Under the pieces are notes generated by a model. It searched no databases and had not been told where the DNA came from. It saw only the letters and a program-made list of their open reading frames with translations. From Bugula neritina (Eukaryota; Animalia; Bryozoa): a stretch of 64,000 bases of DNA. Positions 15,701 through 33,600 of this stretch are shown in pieces; position 1 is the first letter of the stretch; every line of letters begins with the position of its first letter. The translations under genes and the position numbers were made by a program. The stretch lies in contig OZ037769.1 in NCBI GenBank assembly GCA_964035545.1, positions 9,694,129 to 9,758,128 on the forward strand, in the 5' to 3' direction.

Positions 15701-18640
15701 TACTGAAACACTGTAACATACTGAAGTATACTGTAATATACAGAAATGTACTGTAACATACTGAAACATACGTCAACATACTGAAATGCACTGCAACATG
15801 CTGAAATACACTGCAACACATTGAAATATACTGCAACATACCGAAATATATGGTAACCTACTGAAATACGTTGCAAACCACTGAAACATATTGTGATATA
15901 CTGCAACAAAATAAAATATACTGTAACACACTAAAATATACTGCAAAATGCTGAAATATACTGTAACATACTGAAACATACTGCAACATACTGAACTATA
16001 TTGCAACATACTGAAATATACTGCAAGATACGGCAGCATACTGAAATACACTGTAACATACTGAAATACACTGTAACGTATTGAAATACACTGCAACACA
16101 TTGAAATATACTGCAACATACCGAAATATGTGGTAACCTACTGAAATATGTTGCAAACCACTGAAACATACTGCGATATACTGCAACAAAATAAAATATA
16201 CTGTAACACACTAAACGATACTGCAAAATGCTGAATTATACTGTAACATACTAAAACATACTGCAACATTCTGAAATATACTGCAACACATCGAAGTATA
16301 TAGTAATATACGAACATGTACTGTAACATACCGAAACATACTGAAATATCCTGAAACATACTGAAATATACTAGAACATACCGAAACATACTGAAACATC
16401 CTGAAACATACTGTAATATACTAGAACATACTGAAACATACTGTAACATAAAGAAATATACTGTAACACACTGAAATATACGGCAAAATACCTGATTATG
16501 TTGTAACATACTGAAACATTCTGTAACATATTGAAATATACTGCAACATACTGAAAAATACTGCAACGTACTGCAACATACTGAAATAGACTGTAACATA
16601 TTGAAATACACTGCAACACATTGGAGTAAGCTGCAACATACCTATATATACGGTAATATACTGAATGATACTGTAACACAATAAAACATACCGCATTATA
16701 GTGAAATATTCTGCAACACACTGAAGTATACTGTAATATACAGAATAATACTGCAACATACTGAAAAATACTGCAACATACTGCAACAAACTGAAATACA
16801 CTGTAACATATTAAAATACACTGCAACACACTGAAGTATACTGTAATATACAGTAATGTACTGTAAAATATTGAAACATACTGAAACATACTGCAACATA
16901 CTGAAACATACTGAAACATACTGAAACATACCGCAACAAACCGAAATATTCGGTAACATACTGAAATAGGTTGCAAACTACTAAAACATAATGCAACATA
17001 CTGCAACATATTGAAATACACTGCAACACATTGAATTATACTGCGACACACTGAAAGTTACTGCAACATACTGCAACATACTGAAATACACTGCAACATA
17101 CTGAAATACACTGCAACACATTGAAGAATACTCCAACATACTGAAATATGCTGTAGCATGCTGAAAGACACTACAACTCACTGATGTATGGTGTACTATT
17201 CAGAAATGTACTGTAACATACTGATATTTACTGTAACACACTGAAACATACTGCAAAATACTGAAATACACTGTAACATACTGAAATATACTGCAACATA
17301 CTGCAACATACTGAAATACACTGTAACATACTGAAATACACTGCAACATACCGCAACACACTGCAACATACTGAAATACTTTGTAACATATTGAAATACA
17401 CTGCAACGCATTGAAATATACAGCAACATAGCGGAATATATGGTTTCGTACTGAAAAAAATTGTAGCACATTGAAACATACCGCATTATAGTGAAATACT
17501 CTGCAACACAATGTAGCATACTGTAATATACAGAAATGTACTGTGAAATACTGAAACATACAACAACATACTGAAATATACTGCAACATATTAAATTACA
17601 CATACAGAATTATAATTCAACAAAGTGAGAGGTTTCTAAAAATATTGAAACATACTGAAATACACTGTAAGATATTGAAATACACTGCAACACATGGGAA
17701 TATACTGCAAAATATCGAAAAACATGGTAACCTACTGAAATATGTTGCAAACTACTGAGATATACTGCAACATACTTCAACATAATAAAATATACTGTAA
17801 CACACTAAACGATACTGCAAAATTCTGAAATATACTGTAATATACTAAAACATACTGCAACATTCTGAAATATACTGCAACATATCGAAGTATATAGTAA
17901 CATACGAACATGTAGTGTAACACACTGAAACATACTGAAACATCCTGAAACATACTGTAATATACTAGAACATACTGAAACATACTGTAACATAAAGAAA
18001 TATACTGTAACACACTGAAATATACGGCAAAATACTGGATTATGTTGTAACATACTGAAACATTCTATAACATATTGGAATATACTGCAACATACCGAAA
18101 AATACTGCAACATACTGCAACATACTGAAATACACTGTAAAATATTGAATAACACTGCAACACATTGGAGTAAGCTGCAACATACCTAGACATACGGTAT
18201 TATACTGAAAGATACTGTAACACATTGAAACACACTGCAACATACTGAAATATGCTGTAGCATGCTGAAAGACACTACAACTCACTGATGTATAGTGTAC
18301 TATTCGGAAATGTACTGTAACATACTGATATTTACTGTAACACACTGAAATATACTGCAAAATACTGAAATACACTGTAACATACTGAAATATACTGCAA
18401 CATACTGCAACATACTGCAACATACTGAAATACACTGTAACATACTGAAATACACTGCAACACACTGAAGTATACTGTAATATATAGAAATGTACTGTAA
18501 CATACTGCAACATACGAAAAGATATTGAAATTTACTGCAACATACTAAAATATATGGTAACCTACTGAAAAATGTGGCAAACTAATGAAATATACTGCAA
18601 CATACTGCAAGATAATGAAATATACTGAAACACTGTAACA
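12800..18640. repeat. Higher-order tandem duplication, 2922-bp period (boundaries approximate)
   Basis: ORF pairs 12851/15773, 13216/16138, 14274/17196 and 15118/18040 are all offset by 2922. Confidence 0.9.
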
Positions 18641-21600
18641 TACTGAAGTATACTGTAATATACAGAAATGTACTGTAACATACTGAAACATACGTCAACA
18701 TATTGAAATTTACTGCAACATACTGAAATATACTGCAAGATACTGCAACACACTGAAATACCTTGTAAGGTTCTGAAATGCAGTGCAACATACTGCAACA
18801 TACTGCAACATACTGCAACATACTGAAATATATGGTAACCTACTGAAACATACTGAATTACACTGTAACATACTGAAATACACTGCAACATCCTGCAACA
18901 TACTGAAATACACTGTAACATACTGAAATACTTTGCAACACATTGGAATGTACTGCAACATAATGAAATATATGATAACCTACTGAAATATGTTGCAAAC
19001 TACTGAGATATACTGCAACATCCTTCAACATAATAAAATATATTGTAACACAGTGAAATATACTGCAAAATTTTGAAATATACTGTAACATACTGAAACA
19101 TACGCAACATACTGAAATATACTGCAGCATACTGAAATATAATGCAAGATACTGCAACATACTGAAATACACTGTAACATACCGAAATACACTGCAACAT
19201 ATTCAAATACACTGTAATATTTTGAAATACACTGCAACACATTGAAAAATACTGCAACATACTGAAGTATACTGCGAGACATTGAAATATACTGCCACAT
19301 AATGAAATATGCTGTAGCATACTGAAATACACTGCAACACATTGGAGTATACTGTACTATACAGAAATGTACTGTAACATACTGAAACATACGTCAACAT
19401 ACTGAAATGTACTGCAACATGCTGAAATACACTGCAACACATTGAAATATACTGCAACATACCGAAATATATGGTAACCTACTGAAATACGTTGCAAACC
19501 ACTGAAACATATTGCGATATACTGCAACAAAATAAAATATACTGTAACACACTAAACGATACTGCAAAATGCTGAAATATACTGTAACATACTGAAACAT
19601 ACTGCAACATACTGAACTATACTGCAACATACTGAAATATACTGCAAGATACGGCAGCATACTGAAATACACTGTAACATACTGAAATACACTGTAACGT
19701 ATTGAAATACACTGCAACACATTGAAATATACTGCAACCTACCGAAATATATGGTAACCTACTGAAATATGTTGCAAACCACTGAAACATACTGCGATAT
19801 ACTGCAACAAAATAAAATATACTGTAACACACTAAACGATACTGCAAAATGCTGAATTATACTGTAACATACTAAAACATACTGCAACATTCTGAAATAT
19901 ACTGCAACATATCGAAGTATATAGTAATATACGAACATGTACTGTAACATACCGAAACATACTGAAATATCCTGAAACATACTGAAATATACTAGAACAT
20001 ACCGAAACATACTGAAACATCCTGAAACATACTGTAATATACTAGAACATACTGAAACATACTGTAACATAAAGAAATATACTGTAACACACTGAAATAT
20101 ACGGCAAAATACCTGATTATGTTGTAACATACTGAAACATTCTGTAACATATTGAAATATACTGAAACATACTGAAACATACTGAAATATACCGCAACAA
20201 ACCGAAATATTCGGTAACATACTGAAATAGGTTGCAAACTACTAAAACATAATGCAACATACTGCAACATATTGAAATACACTGCAACACATTGAATTAT
20301 ACTGCGTCACACTGAAAGTTACTGCAACATACTGCAACATACTGAAATACACTGCAACATACTGAAATACACTGCAACAGATTGAAGAATACTCCAACAT
20401 ACTGAAATATGCTGTAGCATGCTGAAAGACACTACAACTCACTGATGTATGGTGTACTATTCAGAAATGTACTGTAACATACTGATATTTACTGTAACAC
20501 ACTGAAACATACTGCAAAATACTGAAATACACTGTAACATACTGAAATATACTGCAACATACTGCAACATACTGAAATACACTGTAACATACTGAAATAC
20601 ACTGCAACATACCGCAACACACTGCAACATACTGAAATATTTTGTAACATATTGAAATACACTGCAACGCATTGAAATATACAGCAACATACCGGAATAT
20701 ATGGTTTCGTACTGAAAAAAACTGTAGCACATTGAAACATACCGCATTATAGTGAAATACTCTGCAACACACTGTAGTATACTGTAATATACAGAAATGT
20801 ACTGTGAAATACTGAAACATACAACAACATACTGAAATATACTGCAACATATTAAATTACACATACTGAATTATAATTCAACATAGTGATAGGTTTCTAA
20901 AAATATTGAAACATACTGAAATACACTGTAAGATATTGAAATACACTGCAACACATGGGAATATACTGCAAAATATCGAAAAACATGGTAACCTACTGAA
21001 ATATGTTGCAAACTACTGAGATATATTGCAACATACCTCAACATAATAAGATATACTGTAGCACAGTGAAATATACTGCAAAATTTTGAAATATACTGTA
21101 ACATACTGAAACCTACGCAACATACTGAAATATACTGCAGCATACTGAAATACACTGTAACATATTGAAATACTCTGCAACACACTGAAGTATACTGTAA
21201 TATACAGAAATGTACTGTAAAATACTGAAACATACTGAAACACACTACAACATACTGAAACATACTGAAACATACCGCAACAAACCGAAATATTCGGTAA
21301 CATACTGAAAGAGGTTGCAAACTACTTTAAATACAATGCAACATACTGTAACATATTGAAATACACTGCAACACAATGAATTATAATGCGACACACTGAA
21401 AGTTACAGCAACACACTGCAACATACTGAAACACACTGCAACATACTGAAATACACTGTAACACATTGGAATATACTGCAACATACCTAAATATACAGTA
21501 AATTACTGAAATATACTTGAACACATTGAAAAATACTCCAACATACTGAAATATGCCGTAGCATGCTGAAAGACACTACAACTCACTTATGTATAGTGTA

Positions 21601-24600
21601 CTATTCGGAAATGTACTGTAACATACTGATATTTACTGTAACACACTGAATTATACTGCAAAATACTGAATTACACTGTAACATACTGAAATATACTGCA
21701 ACATACTGCAACATACCGCAACACACTGCAACATACTGAATTACTTTGCAACATATTGAAATACACTGCAACGCATTGAAATATACAGCAACATACCGGA
21801 ATATATGGTTTTGTACTGAAAAAAACTGTAACACATTGAAACATACCGCATTATAGTGAAATAGTCTGCAACGCACTGAAGTATACTGTAATATACAGAA
21901 ATGTACTTTGAAAGACTGAAACATACAACAACATACAGAAATATACTGCAACATATTGAATTACACTGCAACATACTGAATTATAACTCAACATAACTGA
22001 TAGATTTCTAAAAATATGGAAACATACCGAAATACACTGTAAGATATTGAAATACACTGCAACACATTGAAATATACTGCAAAATACCAAAATATATGGT
22101 AACCTATTGAAATATGTTGCAAACTACTGAAATATATTGCAACATACTGCAACATAATGAAATATACTGTACTACGCTGAAAAATAATGCAAAATACTGA
22201 AATATACTGTAACATACTGAACTATACTGCAACATACTGAACTATACTGCAACATACTGAAATATACTGCAAGATACGGCAGCATACTGAATTACACTGT
22301 AATGAACTGAAATACACTGCAACACATTGAAATATACTGCAACACACTGAAACATACGGCAACATACTGAAATATACTGCGAGACATTGAAATATACTGC
22401 AACATAGTGAAATATGCTGTAGCATACTGAAATACACTGCAACACACTGGAGTATACTATACTATACAGAAATGTACTGTAACATACTGAAACATACATC
22501 AACATACTGAAATGTACTGCAACATGCTGAATTATACTACAACATACTGCAACATACTGAAATACGCTTTAACATAATGAAATACACTGCAACACATTGA
22601 AATATACGGCAAAATACCTGATTATGTTGTAACATACTGAAACATTCTGTAACATATTGAAATATACTGCAACATACTGAAAAATACTGCAACGTACTGC
22701 AACATACTGAAATAGACTGTAACATATTGAAATACACTGCAACACATTGGAGTAAGCTGCAACATACCTATATATACGGTAATATACTGAATGATACTGT
22801 AACACAATAAAACATACCGCATTATAGTGAAATATTCTGCAACACACTGAAGTATACTGTAATATACAGAATAATACTGCAACATACTGAAAAATACTGC
22901 AACATACTGCAACAAACTGAAATACACTGTAACATATTAAAATACACTGCAACACACTGAAGTATACTGTAATATACAGTAATGTACTGTAAAATATTGA
23001 AACATACTGAAACATACTGCAACATACTGAAACATACTGAAACATACTGAAACATACCGCAACAAACCGAAATATTCGGTAACATACTGAAATAGGTTGC
23101 AAACTACTAAAACATAATGCAACATACTGCAACATATTGAAATACACTGCAACACATTGAATTATACTGCGACACACTGAAAGTTACTGCGACATACTGC
23201 AACATACTGAAATACACTGCAACATACTGAAATACACTGCAACACATTGAAGAATACTCCAACATACTGAAATATGCTGTAGCATGCTGAAAGACACTAC
23301 AACTCACTGATGTATGGTGTACTATTCAGAAATGTACTGTAACATACTGATATTTACTGTAACACACTGAAACATACTGCAAAATACTGAAATACACTGT
23401 AACATACTGAAATATACTGCAACATACTGCAACATACTGAAATACACTGTAACATACTGAAATACACTGCAACATACCGCAACACACTGCAACATACTGA
23501 AATACTTTGTAACATATTGAAATACACTGCAACGCATTGAAATATACAGCAACATAGCGGAATATATGGTTTCGTACTGAAAAAAATTGTAGCACATTGA
23601 AACATACCGCATTATAGTGAAATACTCTGCAACACACTGTAGCATACTGTAATATACAGAAATGTACTGTGAAATACTGAAACATACAACAACATACTGA
23701 AATATACTGCAACATATTAAATTACACATACAGAATTATAATTCAACATAGTGAGAGGTTTCTAAAAATATTGAAACATACTGAAATACACTGTAAGATA
23801 TTGAAATACACTGCAACACATGGGAATATACTGCAAAATATCGAAAAACATGGTAACCTACTGAAATATGTTGCAAACTACTGAGATATACTGCAACATA
23901 CTTCAACATAATAAAATATACTGTAACACACTAAACGATACTGCAAAATTCTGAAATATACTGTAATATACTAAAACATACTGCAACATTCTGAAATATA
24001 CTGCAACATATCGAAGTATATAGTAATATACGAACATGTAGTGTAACACACTGAAACATACTGAAACATCCTGAAACATACTGTAATATACTAGAACATA
24101 CCAAAACATACTGTAACATAAAGAAATATACTGTAACACACTGAAATATACGGCAAAATACTGGATTATGTTGTAACATACTGAAACATTCTATAACATA
24201 TTGGAATATACTGCAACATACCGAAAAATACTGCAACATACTGCAACATACTGAAATACACTGTAAAATATTGAATAACACTGCAACACATTGGAGTAAG
24301 CTGCAACATACCTAGACATACGGTATTATACTGAAAGATACTGTAACACATTGAAACACACTGCAACATACTGAAATATGCTGTAGCATGCTGAAAGACA
24401 CTACAACTCACTGATGTATAGTGTACTATTCGGAAATGTACTGTAACATACTGATATTTACTGTAACACACTGAAATATACTGCAAAATACTGAAATACA
24501 CTGTAACATACTGAAATATACTGCAACATACTGCAACATACTGCAACATACTGAAATACACTGTAACATACTGAAATACACTGCAACACACTGAAGTATA

Positions 24601-27600
24601 CTGTAATATATAGAAATGTACTGTAACATACTGCAACATACGGAAAGATATTGAAATTTACTGCAACATACTAAAATATATGGTAACCTACTGAAAAATG
24701 TGGCAAACTAATGAAATATACTGCAACATACTGCAAGATAATGAAATATACTGAAACACTGTAACATACTGAAGTATACTGTAATATACAGAAAAGTACT
24801 GTAACATACTGAAACATACGTCAACATATTGAAATTTACTGCAACATACTGAAATATACTGCAAGATACTGCAACACACTGAAATACCTTGTAAGGTTCT
24901 GAAATGCAGTGCAACATACTGCAACATACTGCAACATACTGCAACATACTGAAATATATGGTAACCTACTGAAACATACTGAATTACACTGTAACATACT
25001 GAAATACACTGCAACATCCTGCAACATACTGAAATACACTGTAACATACTGAAATACTTTGCAACACATTGGAATGTACTGCAACATAATGAAATATATG
25101 ATAACCTACTGAAATATGTTGCAAACTACTGAGATATACTGCAACATCCTTCAACATAATAAAATATATTGTAACACAGTGAAATATACTGCAAAATTTT
25201 GAAATATACTGTAACATACTGAAACATACGCAACATACTGAAATATACTGCAGCATACTGAAATATAATGCAAGATACTGCAACATACTGAAATACACTG
25301 TAACATACCGAAATACACTGCAACATATTCAAATACACTGTAATATTTTGAAATACACTGCAACACATTGAAAAATACTGCAACATACTGAAGTATACTG
25401 CGAGACATTGAAATATACTGCCACATAATGAAATATGCTGTAGCATACTGAAATACACTGCAACACATTGGAGTATACTGTACTATACAGAAATGTACTG
25501 TAACATACTGAAACATACGTCAACATACTAAAATGTACTGCAACATGCTGAAATACACTGCAACACATTGAAATATACTGCAACATACCGAAATATATGG
25601 TAACCTACTGAAATACGTTGCAAACCACTGAAACATATTGCGATATACTGCAACAAAATAAAATATACTGTAACACACTAAACGATACTGCAAAATGCTG
25701 AAATATACTGTAACATACTGAAACATACTGCAACATACTGAACTATACTGCAACATACTGAAATATACTGCAAGATACGGCAGCATACTGAAATACACTG
25801 TAACATACTGAAATACACTGTAACGTATTGAAATACACTGCAACACATTGAAATATACTGCAACCTACCGAAATATATGGTAACCTACTGAAATATGTTG
25901 CAAACCACTGAAACATACTGCGATATACTGCAACAAAATAAAATATACTGTAACACACTAAACGATACTGCAAAATGCTGAATTATACTGTAACATACTA
26001 AAACATACTGCAACATTCTGAAATATACTGCAACATATCGAAGTATATAGTAATATACGAACATGTACTGTAACATACCGAAACATACTGAAATATCCTG
26101 AAACATACTGAAATATACTAGAACATACCGAAACATACTGAAACATCCTGAAACATACTGTAATATACTAGAATATACTGAAACATACTGTAACATAAAG
26201 AAATATACTGTAACACACTGAAATATACGGCAAAATACCTGATTATGTTGTAACATACTGAAACATTCTGTAACATATTGAAATATACTGAAACATACTG
26301 AAACATACTGAAATATACCGCAACAAACCGAAATATTCGGTAACATACTGAAATAGGTTGCAAACTACTAAAACATAATGCAACATACTGCAACATATTG
26401 AAATACACTGCAACACATTGAATTATACTGCGTCACACTGAAAGTTACTGCAACATACTGCAACATACTGAAATACACTGCAACATACTGAAATACACTG
26501 CAACAGATTGAAGAATACTCCAACATACTGAAATATGCTGTAGCATGCTGAAAGACACTACAACTCACTGATGTATGGTGTACTATTCAGAAATGTACTG
26601 TAACATACTGATATTTACTGTAACACACTGAAACATACTGCAAAATACTGAAATACACTGTAACATACTGAAATATACTGCAACATACTGCAACATACTG
26701 AAATACACTGTAACATACTGAAATACACTGCAACATACCGCAACACACTGCAACATACTGAAATACTTTGTAACATATTGAAATACACTGCAACGCATTG
26801 AAATATACAGCAACATACCGGAATATATGGTTTCGTACTGAAAAAAACTGTAGCACATTGAAACATACCGCATTATAGTGAAATACTCTGCAACACACTG
26901 TAGTATACTGTAATATACAGAAATGTACTGTGAAATACTGAAACATACAACAACATACTGAAATATACTGCAACATATTAAATTACACATACTGAATTAT
27001 AATTCAACATAGTGATAGGTTTCTAAAAATATTGAAACATACTGAAATACACTGTAAGATATTGAAATACACTGCAACACATGGGAATATACTGCGAAAT
27101 ATCGAAAAACATGGTAACCTACTGAAATATGTTGCAAACTACTGAGATATATTGCAACATACCTCAACATAATAAGATATACTGTAGCACAGTGAAATAT
27201 ACTGCAAAATTTTGAAATATACTGTAACATACTGAAACCTACGCAACATACTGAAATATACTGCAGCATACTGAAATACACTGTAACATATTGAAATACT
27301 CTGCAACACACTGAAGTATACTGTAATATACAGAAATGTACTGTAAAATACTGAAACATACTGAAACACACTACAACATACTGAAACATACTGAAACATA
27401 CCGCAACAAACCGAAATATTCGGTAACATACTGAAAGAGGTTGCAAACTACTTTAAATACAATGCAACATACTGTAACATATTGAAATACACTGCAACAC
27501 AATGAATTATAATGCGACACACTGAAAGTTACAGCAACACACTGCAACATACTGAAACACACTGCAACATACTGAAATACACTGTAACACATTGGAATAT

Positions 27601-30600
27601 ACTGCAACATACCTAAATATACAGTAAATTACTGAAATATACTTGAACACATTGAAAAATACTCCAACATACTGAAATATGCCGTAGCATGCTGAAAGAC
27701 ACTACAACTCACTTATGTATAGTGTACTATTCGGAAATGTACTGTAACATACTGATATTTACTGTAACACACTGAATTATACTGCAAAATACTGAATTAC
27801 ACTGTAACATACTGAAATATACTGCAACATACTGCAACATACCGCAACACACTGCAACATACTGAATTACTTTGCAACATATTGAAATACACTGCAACGC
27901 ATTGAAATATACAGCAACATACCGGAATATATGGTTTTGTACTGAAAAAAACTGTAACACATTGAAACATACCGCATTATAGTGAAATAGTCTGCAACGC
28001 ACTGAAGTATACTGTAATATACAGAAATGTACTTTGAAAGACTGAAACATACAACAACATACAGAAATATACTAGAACATACCGAAACATACTGAAACAT
28101 TCTGAAACATACTGTAATATACTAGAACATACTGAAACATACTGTAACATAAAAAAATATACTGTAACACACTGAAATATACGGCAAAATACCTGATTAT
28201 GTTGTAACATACTGAAACATTCTGTAACATATTGAAATATACTGCAACATACTGAAAAATACTGCAACGTACTGCAACATACTGAAATAGACTGTAACAT
28301 ATTGAAATACACTGCAACACATTGGAGTAAGCTGCAACATACCTATATATACGGTAATATACTGAATGATACTGTAACACAATAAAACATACCGCATTAT
28401 AGTGAAATATTCTGCAACACACTGAAGTATACTGTAATATACAGAATAATACTGCAACATACTGAAAAATACTGCAACATACTGCAACAAACTGAAATAC
28501 ACTGTAACATATTAAAATACACTGCAACACACTGAAGTATACTGTAATATACAGTAATGTACTGTAAAATATTGAAACATACTGAAACATACTGCAACAT
28601 ACTGAAACATACTGAAACATACTGAAACATACCGCAACAAACCGAAATATTCGGTAACATACTGAAATAGGTTGCAAACTACTAAAACATAATGCAACAT
28701 ACTGCAACATATTGAAATACACTGCAACACATTGAATTATACTGCGACACACTGAAAGTTACTGCGACATACTGCAACATACTGAAATACACTGCAACAT
28801 ACTGAAATACACTGCAACACATTGAAGAATACTCCAACATACTGAAATATGCTGTAGCATGCTGAAAGACACTACAACTCACTGATGTATGGTGTACTAT
28901 TCAGAAATGTACTGTAACATACTGATATTTACTGTAACACACTGAAACATACTGCAAAATACTGAAATACACTGTAACATACTGAAATATACTGCAACAT
29001 ACTGCAACATACTGAAATACACTGTAACATACTGAAATACACTGCAACATACCGCAACACACTGCAACATACTGAAATACTTTGTAACATATTGAAATAC
29101 ACTGCAACGCATTGAAATATACAGCAACATAGCGGAATATATGGTTTCGTACTGAAAAAAATTGTAGCACATTGAAACATACCGCATTATAGTGAAATAC
29201 TCTGCAACACACTGTAGCATACTGTAATATACAGAAATGTACTGTGAAATACTGAAACATACAACAACATACTGAAATATACTGCAACATATTAAATTAC
29301 ACATACAGAATTATAATTCAACATAGTGAGAGGTTTCTAAAAATATTGAAACATACTGAAATACACTGTAAGATATTGAAATACACTGCAACACATGGGA
29401 ATATACTGCAAAATATCGAAAAACATGGTAACCTACTGAAATATGTTGCAAACTACTGAGATATACTGCAACATACTTCAACATAATAAAATATACTGTA
29501 ACACACTAAACGATACTGCAAAATTCTGAAATATACTGTAATATACTAAAACATACTGCAACATTCTGAAATATACTGCAACATATCGAAGTATATAGTA
29601 ATATACGAACATGTAGTGTAACACACTGAAACATACTGAAACATCCTGAAACATACTGTAATATACTAGAACATACCAAAACATACTGCAACATAAAGAA
29701 ATATACTGTAACACACTGAAATATACGGCAAAATACTGGATTATGTTGTAACATACTGAAACATTCTATAACATATTGGAATATACTGCAACATACCGAA
29801 AAATACTGCAACATACTGCAACATACTGAAATACACTGTAAAATATTGAATAACACTGCAACACATTGGAGTAAGCTGCAACATACCTAGACATACGGTA
29901 TTATACTGAAAGATACTGTAACACATTGAAACACACTGCAACATACTGAAATATGCTGTAGCATGCTGAAAGACACTACAACTCACTGATGTATAGTGTA
30001 CTATTCGGAAATGTACTGTAACATACTGATATTTACTGTAACACACTGAAATATACTGCAAAATACTGAAATACACTGTAACATACTGAAATATACTGCA
30101 ACATACTGCAACATACTGCAACATACTGAAATACACTGTAACATACTGAAATACACTGCAACACACTGAAGTATACTGTAATATATAGAAATGTACTGTA
30201 ACATACTGCAACATACGAAAAGATATTGAAATTTACTGCAACATACTAAAATATATGGTAACCTACTGAAAAATGTGGCAAACTAATGAAATATACTGCA
30301 ACATACTGCAAGATAATGAAATATACTGAAACACTGTAACATACTGAAGTATACTGTAATATACAGAAATGTACTGTAACATACTGAAACATACGTCAAC
30401 ATATTGAAATTTACTGCAACATACTGAAATATACTGCAAGATACTGCAACACACTGAAATACCTTGTAAGGTTCTGAAATGCAGTGCAACATACTGCAAC
30501 ATACTGCAACATACTGCAACATACTGAAATATATGGTAACCTACTGAAACATACTGAATTACACTGTAACATACTGAAATACACTGCAACATCCTGCAAC

Positions 30601-33600
30601 ATACTGAAATACACTGTAACATACTGAAATACTTTGCAACACATTGGAATGTACTGCAACATAATGAAATATATGATAACCTACTGAAATATGTTGCAAA
30701 CTACTGAGATATACTGCAACATCCTTCAACATAATAAAATATATTGTAACACAGTGAAATATACTGCAAAATTTTGAAATATACTGTAACATACTGAAAC
30801 ATACGCAACATACTGAAATATACTGCAGCATACTGAAATATAATGCAAGATACTGCAACATACTGAAATACACTGTAACATACCGAAATACACTGCAACA
30901 TATTCAAATACACTGTAATATTTTGAAATACACTGCAACACATTGAAAAATACTGCAACATACTGAAGTATACTGCGAGACATTGAAATATACTGCCACA
31001 TAATGAAATATGCTGTAGCATACTGAAATACACTGCAACACATTGGAGTATACTGTACTATACAGAAATGTACTGTAACATACTGAAACATACGTCAACA
31101 TACTGAAATGTACTGCAACATGCTGAAATACACTGCAACACATTGAAATATACTGCAACATACCGAAATATATGGTAACCTACTGAAATACGTTGCAAAC
31201 CACTGAAACATATTGCGATATACTGCAACAAAATAAAATATACTGTAACACACTAAACGATACTGCAAAATGCTGAAATATACTGTAACATACTGAAACA
31301 TACTGCAACATACTGAACTATACTGCAACATACTGAAATATACTGCAAGATACGGCAGCATACTGAAATACACTGTAACATACTGAAATACACTGTAACG
31401 TATTGAAATACACTGCAACACATTGAAATATACTGCAACCTACCGAAATATATGGTAACCTACTGAAATATGTTGCAAACCACTGAAACATACTGCGATA
31501 TACTGCAACAAAATAAAATATACTGTAACACACTAAACGATACTGCAAAATGCTGAATTATACTGTAACATACTAAAACATACTGCAACATTCTGAAATA
31601 TACTGCAACATATCGAAGTATATAGTAATATACGAACATGTACTGTAACATACCGAAACATACTGAAATATCCTGAAACATACTGAAATATACTAGAACA
31701 TACCGAAACATACTGAAACATCCTGAAACATACTGTAATATACTAGAACATACTGAAACATACTGTAACATAAAGAAATATACTGTAACACACTGAAATA
31801 TACGGCAAAATACCTGATTATGTTGTAACATACTGAAACATTCTGTAACATATTGAAATATACTGAAACATACTGAAACATACTGAAATATACCGCAACA
31901 AACCGAAATATTCGGTAACATACTGAAATAGGTTGCAAACTACTAAAACATAATGCAACATACTGCAACATATTGAAATACACTGCAACACATTGAATTA
32001 TACTGCGTCACACTGAAAGTTACTGCAACATACTGCAACATACTGAAATACACTGCAACATACTGAAATACACTGCAACAGATTGAAGAATACTCCAACA
32101 TACTGAAATATGCTGTAGCATGCTGAAAGACACTACAACTCACTGATGTATGGTGTACTATTCAGAAATGTACTGTAACATACTGATATTTACTGTAACA
32201 CACTGAAACATACTGCAAAATACTGAAATACACTGTAACATACTGAAATATACTGCAACATACTGCAACATACTGAAATACACTGTAACATACTGAAATA
32301 CACTGCAACATACCGCAACACACTGCAACATACTGAAATACTTTGTAACATATTGAAATACACTGCAACGCATTGAAATATACAGCAACATACCGGAATA
32401 TATGGTTTCGTACTGAAAAAAACTGTAGCACATTGAAACATACCGCATTATAGTGAAATACTCTGCAACACACTGTAGTATACTGTAATATACAGAAATG
32501 TACTGTGAAATACTGAAACATACAACAACATACTGAAATATACTGCAACATATTAAATTACACATACTGAATTATAATTCAACATAGTGATAGGTTTCTA
32601 AAAATATTGAAACATACTGAAATACACTGTAAGATATTGAAATACACTGCAACACATGGGAATATACTGCAAAATATCGAAAAACATGGTAACCTACTGA
32701 AATATGTTGCAAACTACTGAGATATATTGCAACATACCTCAACATAATAAGATATACTGTAGCACAGTGAAATATACTGCAAAATTTTGAAATATACTGT
32801 AACATACTGAAACCTACGCAACATACTGAAATATACTGCAGCATACTGAAATACACTGTAACATATTGAAATACTCTGCAACACACTGAAGTATACTGTA
32901 ATATACAGAAATGTACTGTAAAATACTGAAACATACTGAAACACACTACAACATACTGAAACATACTGAAACATACCGCAACAAACCGAAATATTCGGTA
33001 ACATACTGAAAGAGGTTGCAAACTACTTTAAATACAATGCAACATACTGTAACATATTGAAATACACTGCAACACAATGAATTATAATGCGACACACTGA
33101 AAGTTACAGCAACACACTGCAACATACTGAAACACACTGCAACATACTGAAATACACTGTAACACATTGGAATATACTGCAACATACCTAAATATACAGT
33201 AAATTACTGAAATATACTTGAACACATTGAAAAATACTCCAACATACTGAAATATGCCGTAGCATGCTGAAAGACACTACAACTCACTTATGTATAGTGT
33301 ACTATTCGGAAATGTACTGTAACATACTGATATTTACTGTAACACACTGAATTATACTGCAAAATACTGAATTACACTGTAACATACTGAAATATACTGC
33401 AACATACTGCAACATACCGCAACACACTGCAACATACTGAATTACTTTGCAACATATTGAAATACACTGCAACGCATTGAAATATACAGCAACATACCGG
33501 AATATATGGTTTTGTACTGAAAAAAACTGTAACACATTGAAACATACCGCATTATAGTGAAATAGTCTGCAACGCACTGAAGTATACTGTAATATACAGA

